A stretch of 64,000 nt of DNA from positions 2,760 to 66,759 of the forward strand of contig DATFSO010000150.1 of assembly GCA_035262585.1 (NCBI GenBank), given 5' to 3'. A program made the position numbers and the translations under genes. This document shows positions 17,567 to 26,089 of this stretch, piece after piece; positions within the stretch are counted from its first letter, which is position 1; every line of letters begins with the position of its first letter. This stretch comes from Terracidiphilus sp. (lineage in GTDB: Bacteria; Acidobacteriota; Terriglobia; Terriglobales; Acidobacteriaceae). The notes beneath the pieces are model-generated. The model did no database searches, was not told where the DNA came from, and saw only the letters and a program-made list of their open reading frames with translations.

Positions 17567-19210
17567 GTGAAAATCGCGCTGGCCCAGATCAATCCCACGG
17601 TCGGAGATTTCACCGGCAATCTTGAGAAAATTGTTGCCACGACAAACCGGGCAGCCGATCGTGGCGCCCGGCTCGCCGTCTTCTCCGAACTGGCGATTTG
17701 CGGATATCCGCCCGCCGACTTCCTTGAGAAGCCCAGCTTCCTCGTGCGCTGCCGCGAAGCTGTCAGCGAACTGGCTGCAGCGACGCGCAATCTGCCCACC
17801 GCCCTTGTAGTGGGCGTGGCGCTGCCGGCGCGGCCGGACGCAGGTAAGCCCGCGGTCAATTCCGCTGTCCTGCTCGACTCCGGCCAGGTCCTCCTCGAGC
17901 AGCACAAACGCCTACTCCCGTTCTACGACGTCTTCGACGAGCAGCGCTACTTCCTGGCATCCGGTCCGCAGCAGGTCGTCGAACTCGACAACCTACGCCT
18001 CGCAATCACCATCTGCGAGGACGCCTGGAACGACAAGAACTTCTGGCCCCGCCGTCTCTACTCCCTCGATCCGATGGAAGAGCTGATGCGCCAGAACCCC
18101 GCCATACACATCAACCTGTCTTCCTCGCCTTTCTGGCACTCGAAGCGCAAAGTGCGTCGCCAGATGCTCGCCGCAACCGCCCACCGCGACGGCATTCCCA
18201 TCCTGATGTGCAACCAGGTCGGGGGCAACGACAGCCTCATCTTCGATGGCTCATCCTTTGCTTTGAACGCTCGCGGCGACCTGATCGCGCAGGCGAAGTC
18301 GTTCGAAGAAGACCTTGTCCTGGTCGATCCTTTCAATGCACCTCCGATCCCCACTCCGCACGATGACGATACCGAGGCGGCCTATCGCGCTCTTGTGCTC
18401 GGGACGCGTGACTATGTGCGCAAATGCGGTTTCAACAAGGTCGTCGTCGGACTGAGCGGCGGCATCGACTCCGCTCTCGTCGCAGCTGTCGCTACCGACG
18501 CACTCGGCAAAGACAACGTGCTCGCCATCGGCATGCCGAGCCCTTACTCCTCGCAGGGCTCCATTGACGACAGCCGCACTCTCGCGGCCAACCTCGGGAT
18601 TCGCTTCGAGCTGATCGGCATCAGCAACCTTTTTCGCGAGTTCACATGTTCGCTCGAGCCGCTCTTCGCAGGAACAACTCCCGGGCTGGCCGAGGAGAAC
18701 CTGCAAGCGCGCATACGAGGCAATCTGCTCATGGCCCTCTCCAACAAGTTCGGGTCCCTTGTACTGACCACCGGTAACAAGTCGGAGATGGCCGTCGGTT
18801 ATTGCACGCTCTATGGCGACATGGTGGGCGCGCTTGCGGTGATTGGCGATCTCGTCAAGACGCGCGTCTACGCTATCTGCCGGTGGCTCAATCGCGATCG
18901 TGAAGTGATCCCCCAGCCGATTCTCGACAAGCCGCCCTCAGCAGAACTTCGTCCCGGCCAGAGAGACACCGACTCGCTGCCGCCGTACGAGACTCTCGAT
19001 CCCATCCTCGAAGCGTATGTCGAGCGATACGAGACGCCTGAGTGCATAGCGCAGAAAAACAATTTTCCACTTGAACTCGTCGAAAAGATCGTGTCTCTCG
19101 TTGAACGGTCTGAATACAAACGCCAGCAGGCTGCCCCGGTGTTAAAGGTCACCCACAAGTCGTTCGGAATGGGTCGCCGCTTTCCCATTGCTGTAAAGGT
19201 GCAGGTATAA
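17567..19210 (+). CDS. nadE: Glutamine-dependent NAD+ synthetase
   Basis: Nitrilase-like N-domain (ICED) plus GLSGGIDS, ENLQARIRG and TGNKSE. Confidence 0.95.
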   Translation: MKIALAQINPTVGDFTGNLEKIVATTNRAADRGARLAVFSELAICGYPPADFLEKPSFLVRCREAVSELAAATRNLPTALVVGVALPARPDAGKPAVNSAVLLDSGQVLLEQHKRLLPFYDVFDEQRYFLASGPQQVVELDNLRLAITICEDAWNDKNFWPRRLYSLDPMEELMRQNPAIHINLSSSPFWHSKRKVRRQMLAATAHRDGIPILMCNQVGGNDSLIFDGSSFALNARGDLIAQAKSFEEDLVLVDPFNAPPIPTPHDDDTEAAYRALVLGTRDYVRKCGFNKVVVGLSGGIDSALVAAVATDALGKDNVLAIGMPSPYSSQGSIDDSRTLAANLGIRFELIGISNLFREFTCSLEPLFAGTTPGLAEENLQARIRGNLLMALSNKFGSLVLTTGNKSEMAVGYCTLYGDMVGALAVIGDLVKTRVYAICRWLNRDREVIPQPILDKPPSAELRPGQRDTDSLPPYETLDPILEAYVERYETPECIAQKNNFPLELVEKIVSLVERSEYKRQQAAPVLKVTHKSFGMGRRFPIAVKVQV

Positions 19211-19253
19211 GCTAGAGATCGGGAGTCTTCCCGCGATTGAAGGAGATATTCGC

Positions 19254-20255
19254 TTGATCCGTATGTCTGCTCGACTGGCCGGCGCTTCGTTGCTGGCCGT
19301 TCTGTTCTCATCCGCCCTTACTGCGACTGCTCAGGACCAGGCTCCCGCCAGCCCAACACCCGAAACAGCTGCTCCGACACCGGCAGCGCCGGCCGCAGCG
19401 GCCCCTGTGTTTCCCAAGCCCGATCCGGCCGATTTCACGGCCGCCACGCCAACCAAGGAAGTCGTCAACGCGTTCATGCAGGCGAATCTCGGCTTTGATC
19501 AGAACGCGATGTGGCAGGTGCAGGCAATTCAGAAGACCCAGATTCCGAACATCAGTAAGGTCGTCGTCTTTGTCGGAGACAAGACGGGCAAGCAGCAGCC
19601 CTACCGCTTCGCCTTCTTCACCACTCCGGATGAAAAACACATCATCGTCGGCGACAAGATCATTGCCTTCGGCGAGCGTCCCTTTGCCGAGCATCGCGCA
19701 CTCCTTCAGCAGCGTGCCAACGGTCCCTATCGCGGCTCTGCTTCGAAGGATCTCATGCTCGTTGAATTTGCTGACTTCCAGTGCCCACACTGCAAGGCAG
19801 CGCAGGCCAATATGGATAAGCTCGTAGCTGATTTCCCCAAAGCGCGCATCGTTTTCCAGAACGATCCGCTGCCGAGCATTCATCCGCAGTCCGTCACCGC
19901 GGCCGCATACGGCGTCTGCGTCAACAAACAGGCAGGCAGTACCGTCTTCTTTCAGTTTGCTTCGGCTGTATTCGACGGGCAGGATGGCCTGGCAACGTCC
20001 GATGGGGCAACACTTACGCTGAACAGCGCTGCTACCAAGGCGGGGCTTGACCCGGCCAAGGTTGCCGCATGCGCGACGTCTCCGGAGACGAAAGCCGTTG
20101 TTGACGCTTCCATGGAACTCAGCAAGGATCTCGATATCGCGTCGGTTCCGACGCTGGTCATCAACGGACGCCAGATCCCTGCCAACGCTCCCTACGAAAC
20201 AATCAAGCAGATCGTGGAGTTCCAGGCGAAAGCCGACGGAGTTGCTGCACAGTAG
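19254..20255 (+). CDS. DsbA-family thioredoxin-fold periplasmic protein
   Basis: Signal peptide, EFADFQCPHC, SVPTLVING. Confidence 0.85.
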   Translation: MIRMSARLAGASLLAVLFSSALTATAQDQAPASPTPETAAPTPAAPAAAAPVFPKPDPADFTAATPTKEVVNAFMQANLGFDQNAMWQVQAIQKTQIPNISKVVVFVGDKTGKQQPYRFAFFTTPDEKHIIVGDKIIAFGERPFAEHRALLQQRANGPYRGSASKDLMLVEFADFQCPHCKAAQANMDKLVADFPKARIVFQNDPLPSIHPQSVTAAAYGVCVNKQAGSTVFFQFASAVFDGQDGLATSDGATLTLNSAATKAGLDPAKVAACATSPETKAVVDASMELSKDLDIASVPTLVINGRQIPANAPYETIKQIVEFQAKADGVAAQ

Positions 20256-20281
20256 GATTTCCGCGCCATAGTCATCTGTCT

Positions 20282-20354
20282 CCCAGGTCTCCAAAATAAG
20301 GAGGCCTGGGCCACCCACCAGTCATTCCTGACGCCTGATCCCTGCCCTCTGATC
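20282..20354. repeat. CCCAGGTCTC..CCTGGG(C/T)CACC palindrome plus four CCTGATC heptamers
   Basis: The palindrome matches the reverse complement of 63517-63551 at 29 of 35 nt; heptamers at 20327-20354. Confidence 0.75.
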
Positions 20355-22255
20355 TACTGCGACTGTGTTTGTCCGCGCGCAATGCGTATCATTGGCGTGT
20401 GGCCGGCAGGTTGTGTCTCGCGAACCACGTGCGGAGTTACGATAATCAACAAGGTTGCATAGTTCTTCTGCGCGTCAGTGTGGGTGATTGAGCTCAAGCC
20501 CGGAATCTCAGTCAATCCCGGCAGCCCGCTTAGCGCGCGGCTCTCTTCCTTATCCACCTGGCTCACAAGGACAACCCCGGATCCTTCCTTTACGGTAACC
20601 ACGCCGGAGTAGCTCCGGTGGTTCAGGATGGGCAATCCATTCAGCGCCGATCCGGCCAGTGCCGAGATCTGCAAATCCATCGACAGTGCGACGTCGCCGT
20701 TTCGAATCACGCGTGGAGTGGCCTTGAAGGTGATTCCAAGATCCTGATATTGGATCTGCGGAATCGTCTGCTGGGCCCCGGCACTTAGTTGCGCGAGCAG
20801 GGAACTCAGGCTTCCCGAGGCGCCCGCGGTTGTCAGTCCTGGAATATTGGTGCCCGCGGATCCAAGGTTCGAATACTGCGACGTGACGATCGGATATCGC
20901 GTGCCGCTCTTCAGCGTTCCCTCCTCGCCATCCCCGAGGTGCATTTGCAACTGGTCCAGTTGGCGCGAATCGGATGAATTCAGATTCAGATGGACTGTCA
21001 CAGGCGACGGCGATATGCCAGACAGAGTCAGCCCGCCGCCAAACAACACAAACCCATTCTGAAAGATGGGATTCGTAACCACACCCGAAGCCAGCAGAAT
21101 CCCCAGAATCGCCAGCGTATCGCCAGGCGACGCAAGCCCGGCCGCGATGATCTGCTGCACCAGCGCCTGATTCTGGTTCAGAATCGCCTGCTCTTCCGTG
21201 TATACATTGAAGATCGTGGTCTGCTGCGGCGGCTGAATTCCGGTATTGCGTTGGTTGGTGTGGGCAAGCTGGATCAGCCGAACGTCAAGAAGCACCTGGC
21301 TGCGCCCGTCTAGCAGGTGCCGCAGTGTCTCGTTGAATGCGTTCAGCTTGTCCGCCGTCGCGCGAACTGTCAATGTTCCAGAGCTCTGGTGTACGTCTGC
21401 CTGCTGCAGCTGGAACACCGTCTTCGCCAGAGTCCCGATGTCTGTCATCTCGGCAGGCGTCAATCCGCTGAGGTAAACCGTCTCGAGTTCCAGCCGCTGA
21501 TACTGCTGGCGGTTCTGGGACGTGTTCTTCGCCACCAGCGCACGGTGTGTATCGAGCGGCACAGTGAACGTACCCGTCACCATGTTGATCGATTCCATCG
21601 CCTCGGCAAAAGTGGCATCGTCCAGATTAAATCGCATGAGCGGAACTTTTACGCTCGAATCCAGGAATGCTTCGATTCCATAGGCGCGAAAGACTTCTAC
21701 AATCGCCTGCCTTCCAGTCGTGCGCAGATGGAAACTTTTCTTGTCCGGTCTCGGCTCAAGTTGGGGGGCTGGGCCAAGTGAATCGAGCCCCTGTCCGTAG
21801 AGGGGTTTCGCTTGTGACGTTGCCACATCCTTAGCCATCTCGCGCAGATGCTCTGAAACTTGAAGATTCTGCGGATCAAGCTCCGCGGCTTTCTGTAAAG
21901 CCTCGCGTTCCGCCGGCTTGTCTTCGCGGATACGCGCCTTGGCCGCCTGCTGAATCAAGTAGGTGACTTCATGACTGCGAGCCAATGCGCTTGCGGCCGA
22001 ATAGTTCGTATTCCCTGGATCAAGCTCCGCCGCCTCCTCGTAGTCCCGCATGGCAGCATCGTATTGTTCTTTCTGGAAAAATTTGGTCGCCTCAAGATAT
22101 AGCTTCGCCGCGCGCCGGCGATCCTTGTTCGTAACAGGCTTCTCAGTTTCGCTCTTCGTCGCAGCGGCAGTCGACGGCGTCTCAGGAGCCTGCTGTGCGG
22201 CCGCGATTACGCACCACAACAGGCTCGACGCCGTCACTCGCCGAAGTATTCTCAT
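20354..22255 (-). CDS. TPR-containing secretin (type II/III secretion system protein D-like)
   Basis: Signal peptide, TPR helices, QVLLDVRLIQ, YQDLGITFKATP, GLPGLTEIPGL and LLIIVTPHVV secretin motifs. Confidence 0.8.
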   Translation of the reverse strand: MRILRRVTASSLLWCVIAAAQQAPETPSTAAATKSETEKPVTNKDRRRAAKLYLEATKFFQKEQYDAAMRDYEEAAELDPGNTNYSAASALARSHEVTYLIQQAAKARIREDKPAEREALQKAAELDPQNLQVSEHLREMAKDVATSQAKPLYGQGLDSLGPAPQLEPRPDKKSFHLRTTGRQAIVEVFRAYGIEAFLDSSVKVPLMRFNLDDATFAEAMESINMVTGTFTVPLDTHRALVAKNTSQNRQQYQRLELETVYLSGLTPAEMTDIGTLAKTVFQLQQADVHQSSGTLTVRATADKLNAFNETLRHLLDGRSQVLLDVRLIQLAHTNQRNTGIQPPQQTTIFNVYTEEQAILNQNQALVQQIIAAGLASPGDTLAILGILLASGVVTNPIFQNGFVLFGGGLTLSGISPSPVTVHLNLNSSDSRQLDQLQMHLGDGEEGTLKSGTRYPIVTSQYSNLGSAGTNIPGLTTAGASGSLSSLLAQLSAGAQQTIPQIQYQDLGITFKATPRVIRNGDVALSMDLQISALAGSALNGLPILNHRSYSGVVTVKEGSGVVLVSQVDKEESRALSGLPGLTEIPGLSSITHTDAQKNYATLLIIVTPHVVRETQPAGHTPMIRIARGQTQSQ

Positions 22256-22989
22256 GCGGCGCTCCGCGTAGCAGCCAGCAAATCCGCCAAAGACGTTGTA
22301 CACACCTCAGGCTGGTGGTCCATCAGCTGCTCGAATGTGAAGTGACCCGTCGCTACGGCAATAATCGGCAGTTGATTGGCATGAGCAGCCTCGATATCGC
22401 GCGGGGTATCGCCAACCACGCATACGCTCGCCGAAGCGCCGCACAAGTCGCGCGCCTTCTCTGCTGCGTGCCCGATCAATTCCGGCCGCGCCGGGAACCG
22501 GTCGCTGAAACCGCCGAAACGGAACCATTCGCGCAATCCCGCCCGCTCCATCTTGATCCAGCCGATCATCTCCAGGTTTCCGGTGGCAACACCCAGCGTC
22601 GCCCCGCGATCTGCCAGATGCCTCAACGTCTCCTTCACGCCCGGCATCAGGATCGGCTGCAGCTCATGGCGCCGCTCCTCCACGTTGTGACACATCCCCT
22701 GCAGAATGGCAGCGACTTTGGGCTCCAGCATTTCCGCGGAAATCCCCGCTCGTTTGCAGGCCTCGCGAAGGATCGACGTGTCCGTATTCCCGGCCAGCGG
22801 CACGCCCTCGAGCGAGACTTCAAACCCCATCACTTTCCGTAGCGTCGTTGCGAAGCTGTCGAAGTGCACACGATCACGGCTGCGCATGAGCGTTCCGTCG
22901 ATGTCGAACAAGTATGCGTCCTGCCCATCCCACGCAAATTCGCCCGCGATCGCAGTTCGCGCTTCGCCGTTCGTTTGTATTGTCTGCAT
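22252..22989 (-). CDS. HAD-superfamily hydrolase
   Basis: LFDIDGTL, VATGN, VVGDTPRDI. Confidence 0.9.
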   Translation of the reverse strand: MQTIQTNGEARTAIAGEFAWDGQDAYLFDIDGTLMRSRDRVHFDSFATTLRKVMGFEVSLEGVPLAGNTDTSILREACKRAGISAEMLEPKVAAILQGMCHNVEERRHELQPILMPGVKETLRHLADRGATLGVATGNLEMIGWIKMERAGLREWFRFGGFSDRFPARPELIGHAAEKARDLCGASASVCVVGDTPRDIEAAHANQLPIIAVATGHFTFEQLMDHQPEVCTTSLADLLAATRSAA

Positions 22990-23007
22990 TCCGGTGCGGA
23001 GCCTGGC

Positions 23008-23295
23008 TTAGCCCTGGCGTAAGCCCTGGCGCGCTGCTCCAAATATAGGACGTTCGCTGTGCGGCGGACGCTTGAGACCGGCGCGAATTTCCGCCAGGCT
23101 GATGCCTAGTTCGGCCATCGTGCGGCTCAGCGTATTCCTGTGGATACCGAGCTCCTCTGCGGCTTTGCACTGGTTCCCCTTATTCGCAGCCAGCACTTCG
23201 CGCAGATACTGTCGCTTGAACTCTTTCACCGCATCCTCATAGCGAATGCCGGTTGAGTGCATCTGTGTTACCAGGCTGTCCAGGTCTCGTCTCAC
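23008..23295 (-). CDS. Small Fis-like helix-turn-helix protein
   Basis: GTG start after GAGG; VLAANKGNQCKAAEELGIHRNTL. Confidence 0.85.
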   Translation of the reverse strand: MRRDLDSLVTQMHSTGIRYEDAVKEFKRQYLREVLAANKGNQCKAAEELGIHRNTLSRTMAELGISLAEIRAGLKRPPHSERPIFGAARQGLRQG

Positions 23296-23350
23296 GTGAA
23301 CCTCTTGCTCTACTAGATTGCCACAACCTGCGGGCTCCAGCCCGCGAAAT

Positions 23351-23908
23351 TTATCTGGCTTTTTCCTCATGCATCCACTGCTGCGATTCCGCTTCCAGCG
23401 TTCGCAGTTCGTTGCGCAGGCGTTCGGCCAGGCGCGACGGAGTAACATGAGTGCTCACATGTAATGCTCCGAAGAAATATCGCGGCAACCGTGCCTCCGT
23501 CAACCATTGAGTTTGCGGAAAAAATGCAACCGTTACCAAAATGCAGATGGTGACAAAAACAAGGCCCTCAACGAACCCGAACACCCCGCCCGCCAGCCGG
23601 TCGAGGCAGCTCAGACCGACCTTCTCGAACACTTTGGCAAGCACAGCACCGGTAATCGCGGCGATCAGCATCACCAGAAGCGAAATCACCAGGAACGCGA
23701 TCGCGTTTGCCACCTCGACCGAATGCACCAGCGGTTTCAGTACAGCCGCAAACCGCCAGTAGTTCCATGACGCCAACGCCAGTCCTGCGATCAGGCCTGC
23801 GAGCGAAAAAGCCGATCGGAAGAAGCCCCGAATAAAGCCGCCAAGTACCGCCGCGGCGAGCATGGCCACGATAATCCAGTCGACAAGCGTCAGTCCCATG
23901 ACGTTCAT
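23351..23908 (-). CDS. cvpA: CvpA (colicin V production) family membrane protein
   Basis: DWIIV..GFIRGFFRS, LDRLAGGVFG; start overlaps the purC stop. Confidence 0.85.
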   Translation of the reverse strand: MNVMGLTLVDWIIVAMLAAAVLGGFIRGFFRSAFSLAGLIAGLALASWNYWRFAAVLKPLVHSVEVANAIAFLVISLLVMLIAAITGAVLAKVFEKVGLSCLDRLAGGVFGFVEGLVFVTICILVTVAFFPQTQWLTEARLPRYFFGALHVSTHVTPSRLAERLRNELRTLEAESQQWMHEEKAR

Positions 23909-24804
23909 TTCGTCAAGTCCAGATCACGGCCGGTCAACCGCCGGAACGCTTCAAGGTATTTCTGCAGTGTACGCTCCACAACGTCATTCGGAAGACTCGG
24001 CGCCGGAGCCTGCTTGTTCCAGTGAATGCTCTCCAGGTAATCTCGTACGAACTGCTTGTCGAAACTCGGCTGCGGGCCCCCCGGCCTCCATGCCTCTGCC
24101 TCCCAGAATCGCGAAGAGTCCGGCGTCAGCACTTCATCGGCCAGCACGATGCCATCCTGCGTCCTGCCGAATTCGAATTTCGTATCAGCCAGAATCAACC
24201 CCTTCGACTCCGCGTGCCTGCTCGCCCTTTCGTAGATCGCCAGCGTCAGCCTGCGAAGTTCATCTGCATCGTCCTCGCCGACCAGTCTCTCCACGGACTC
24301 GAACGGAATGTTCTCGTCATGTTTTCCGTCCTGGCTCTTTGTTGCCGGTGTAAACAGCGGCTCCGGCAACTGCGATCCATCCTGCAATCCGGCGGGCAGC
24401 AGGATTCCGCAGACTGTTCGGCTAGCCTGGTACTCCTTCCATCCCGATCCGGCAATGTATCCGCGCGCGACGCACTCCACAGGAAACATCTCTGCGCGCT
24501 TTACCAGCATCGATCGGCCCTCCAACTGGTCAGCATACTTCTGCAACGACTCCGGAAATTCGGCGACCTCGGTGGCGATCAGGTGATTGGGCACGATGCT
24601 CCGCATCATCTCGAACCAGAACAGCGAAATCTGCGTGAGAATCTTGCCCTTGCCCGGAATCCCTGTACCCAGCACGTGGTCAAACGCCGAAATGCGATCC
24701 GTCGCGACCATCAGCAGGGCGTCGCCAACTGCATACAAGTCGCGCACTTTGCCGCGGCCGATCAGAGGGGTCGCGCCCAAATCTGTCTTCAAAACGATTG
24801 TCAT
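23905..24804 (-). CDS. purC: SAICAR synthetase
   Basis: GKVRDLY, TDRISAFD, ILADTKFEFG, LADEVLTPDSSRFW. Confidence 0.96.
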   Translation of the reverse strand: MTIVLKTDLGATPLIGRGKVRDLYAVGDALLMVATDRISAFDHVLGTGIPGKGKILTQISLFWFEMMRSIVPNHLIATEVAEFPESLQKYADQLEGRSMLVKRAEMFPVECVARGYIAGSGWKEYQASRTVCGILLPAGLQDGSQLPEPLFTPATKSQDGKHDENIPFESVERLVGEDDADELRRLTLAIYERASRHAESKGLILADTKFEFGRTQDGIVLADEVLTPDSSRFWEAEAWRPGGPQPSFDKQFVRDYLESIHWNKQAPAPSLPNDVVERTLQKYLEAFRRLTGRDLDLTK

Positions 24805-24837
24805 GGGAAGACTTACCTCGGGTTTGTTGAATCTCCG

Positions 24838-24866
24838 ATTTTCTTGCCGGCGGCGCGCTTTGTCAA
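24838..24866 (-). promoter_or_regulatory. Putative purC promoter TTGACA-17-GAAAAT
   Basis: Perfect -35 with canonical spacing; the -10 lies 33 nt upstream of the start. Confidence 0.5.
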
Positions 24867-24935
24867 ACTTCCCGAGCCGCAAAATGACCATCAGGAAACC
24901 TAAGAGACGTTCATACCCCAAATTCCACAAAGACC

Positions 24936-24951
24936 TGTGACGGCTGTCACG
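24936..24951. promoter_or_regulatory. CRP/FNR-family-like site TGTGA-N6-TCACG
   Basis: 9/10 match to TGTGA-N6-TCACA. Confidence 0.35.
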
Positions 24952-24953
24952 GA

Positions 24954-25130
24954 GGCGGACTCCCAACTAAGCGAAACTCCATTTGTCACCAAGGTTCGGG
25001 AGTTCGTTAAGAAGCTTCCTTTGAGCCGGGTGGCACGAGGCAGCAGTGGAAAGGGGAAGCCGCGGCTAGCTTCGTTTCATAGGGATCGCCAGTAGCTGCG
25101 CACTACCGACCTCCAGTGCCGGCTACTGGC
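24954..25130 (+). ncRNA. Candidate structured small RNA (rod with large internal loop plus a 3' hairpin)
   Basis: Hand-folded closing stem, central bubble and apical stem. Several G-U pairs form only on the + strand. No credible ORF. Confidence 0.45.
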
Positions 25131-25164
25131 CCCCGCTCTTACTTCTTGTGATATTCAATACAAG

Positions 25165-25202
25165 CGCCTCCGAAGAGAAGACTGCCTTCGGAGGCGAATT
25201 TT
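25165..25202 (+). terminator. Intrinsic terminator-like hairpin
   Basis: Perfect 11-bp stem CGCCTCCGAAG/CTTCGGAGGCG followed by AATTTT. Confidence 0.6.
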
Positions 25203-25253
25203 CGTCTCGACACTTCCGCTTCGCCCCGCTTGAGCTTGTTGATCCTTGAACCT

Positions 25254-25288
25254 GGGGTGCCCCATGCATGACGAAGTCGTGGGTGGAA
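25254..25288. repeat. CCACCC..ATGGGGCACCC-type palindromic repeat
   Basis: Reverse complement ttccacccacgacttcgtcatgcatggggcacccc is related to 50498-50530 and 62624-62654. Confidence 0.6.
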
Positions 25289-25309
25289 GCAAGGAGCAGC
25301 CTCCTCCTG

Positions 25310-25642
25310 CTACCGTCCGGTCGCTGCCGCGGTTGCTTCGATCGTCGTCGCCAAATGCTTCGATTTCCGATAGACGTTCGCTACTGCCAGCGTCCACAAA
25401 GGCACGAAGTCCACTGCAGGCACAAGCTTGCCGAGAAACGACGGCAGAAACTCCCAGTGCCATCCGAGAAGATAGCTCAGCACGCCGGCAACAGCGAGAT
25501 CGAGGACGTCATCGGCGGGCGACGCGGCGCCTTCGATGAAGAGAGGAAAGACCGCGATCTGCAACAGGTCCGCGACGGCTGCTATCGCGAAAGCTGCTCT
25601 TATACGCGGCCCCGGAGATACGGTGAGGATATCTTTGGTCAA
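25310..25642 (-). CDS. Hypothetical membrane protein
   Basis: 110-aa hydrophobic ORF (WHWEFLPSFLGKLVP..DFVPLWTLAV) that reads as natural protein; start uncertain. Confidence 0.7.
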   Translation of the reverse strand: MTKDILTVSPGPRIRAAFAIAAVADLLQIAVFPLFIEGAASPADDVLDLAVAGVLSYLLGWHWEFLPSFLGKLVPAVDFVPLWTLAVANVYRKSKHLATTIEATAAATGR

Positions 25643-25808
25643 AGCAATTCTACCTGCGGACAGCGGACGCTGCAGGCGCTCCTGTTCCCATTATCGTCTA
25701 TGACGGTTCCCGAGGAAACCTACCCCCACAGGGGAACCGATCCGACAATTCTGTGCCACGCCGCCCCGGTCCCCCTAGGCTCTTCCCTCGTGACCGGAGT
25801 CACTAATC

Positions 25809-25865
25809 GCTATCTCGATCCGTCCAGAATATCTGTGGACGCGAAAAGCTTGCTCTTGAGATAGC
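25809..25865 (+). promoter_or_regulatory. Nested hairpin upstream of the small ORF
   Basis: GCTATCTC/GAGATAGC (8 bp) encloses CGTCCA/TGGACG (6 bp). Confidence 0.35.
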
Positions 25866-25918
25866 CAGGGCGCATTCACCCGGTAACCCAAAGCCCGCCG
25901 GAAGCCGAGGAGGAGGCC

Positions 25919-26089
25919 ATGATCGACCTGGTTGCGGTGCGCAAGGAGATCCCGGAGGGGCAAACATCGTCATTGTGGGAATCTCATCTGCATCCCTGAA
26001 GTCTGGTCAATCTTTTGCGCCGCGGCGAACCGGTCGAGGTGGTGTTGGCAAAATCCAAGCAGGGAACGGGCGTTCTGGGCGTAAATTGA
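25919..26089 (+). CDS. Small ORF: 26 aa ending Pro-UGA, extendable in frame to 56 aa if the UGA is read through
   Basis: GAGGAGGAGG RBS; MIDLVAVRKEIPEGQTSSLWESHLHP*(25997-25999)SLVNLLRRGEPVEVVLAKSKQGTGVLGVN*. Too short for the ORF track. Confidence 0.55.

Noticed and set aside
22995-23032. Short GCCAGGGC tandem repeat at the Fis-like gene end
   Set aside because: Only 2-3 copies and no spacers; most likely local slippage.
25030-25046. TGGCACG as a sigma-54 -24 element (similar case near 25755 on -)
   Set aside because: No TTGC/GC at the required GG-N10-GC spacing.
25049-25070. Cobalamin-riboswitch-like AAAGGGGAAGCC
   Set aside because: The remaining B12-box elements are absent.
25244-25262. 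TPP-riboswitch-like words CCTTGAACCT and GGGGTGCC
   Set aside because: Wrong order, no CTGAGA, and no downstream gene on that strand.
25135-25298. Alternative 6S-like fold using GATATTCAATAC and CCTTGAACC words
   Set aside because: The 3' arm belongs to a dispersed palindromic repeat, and the core is better explained as a terminator.
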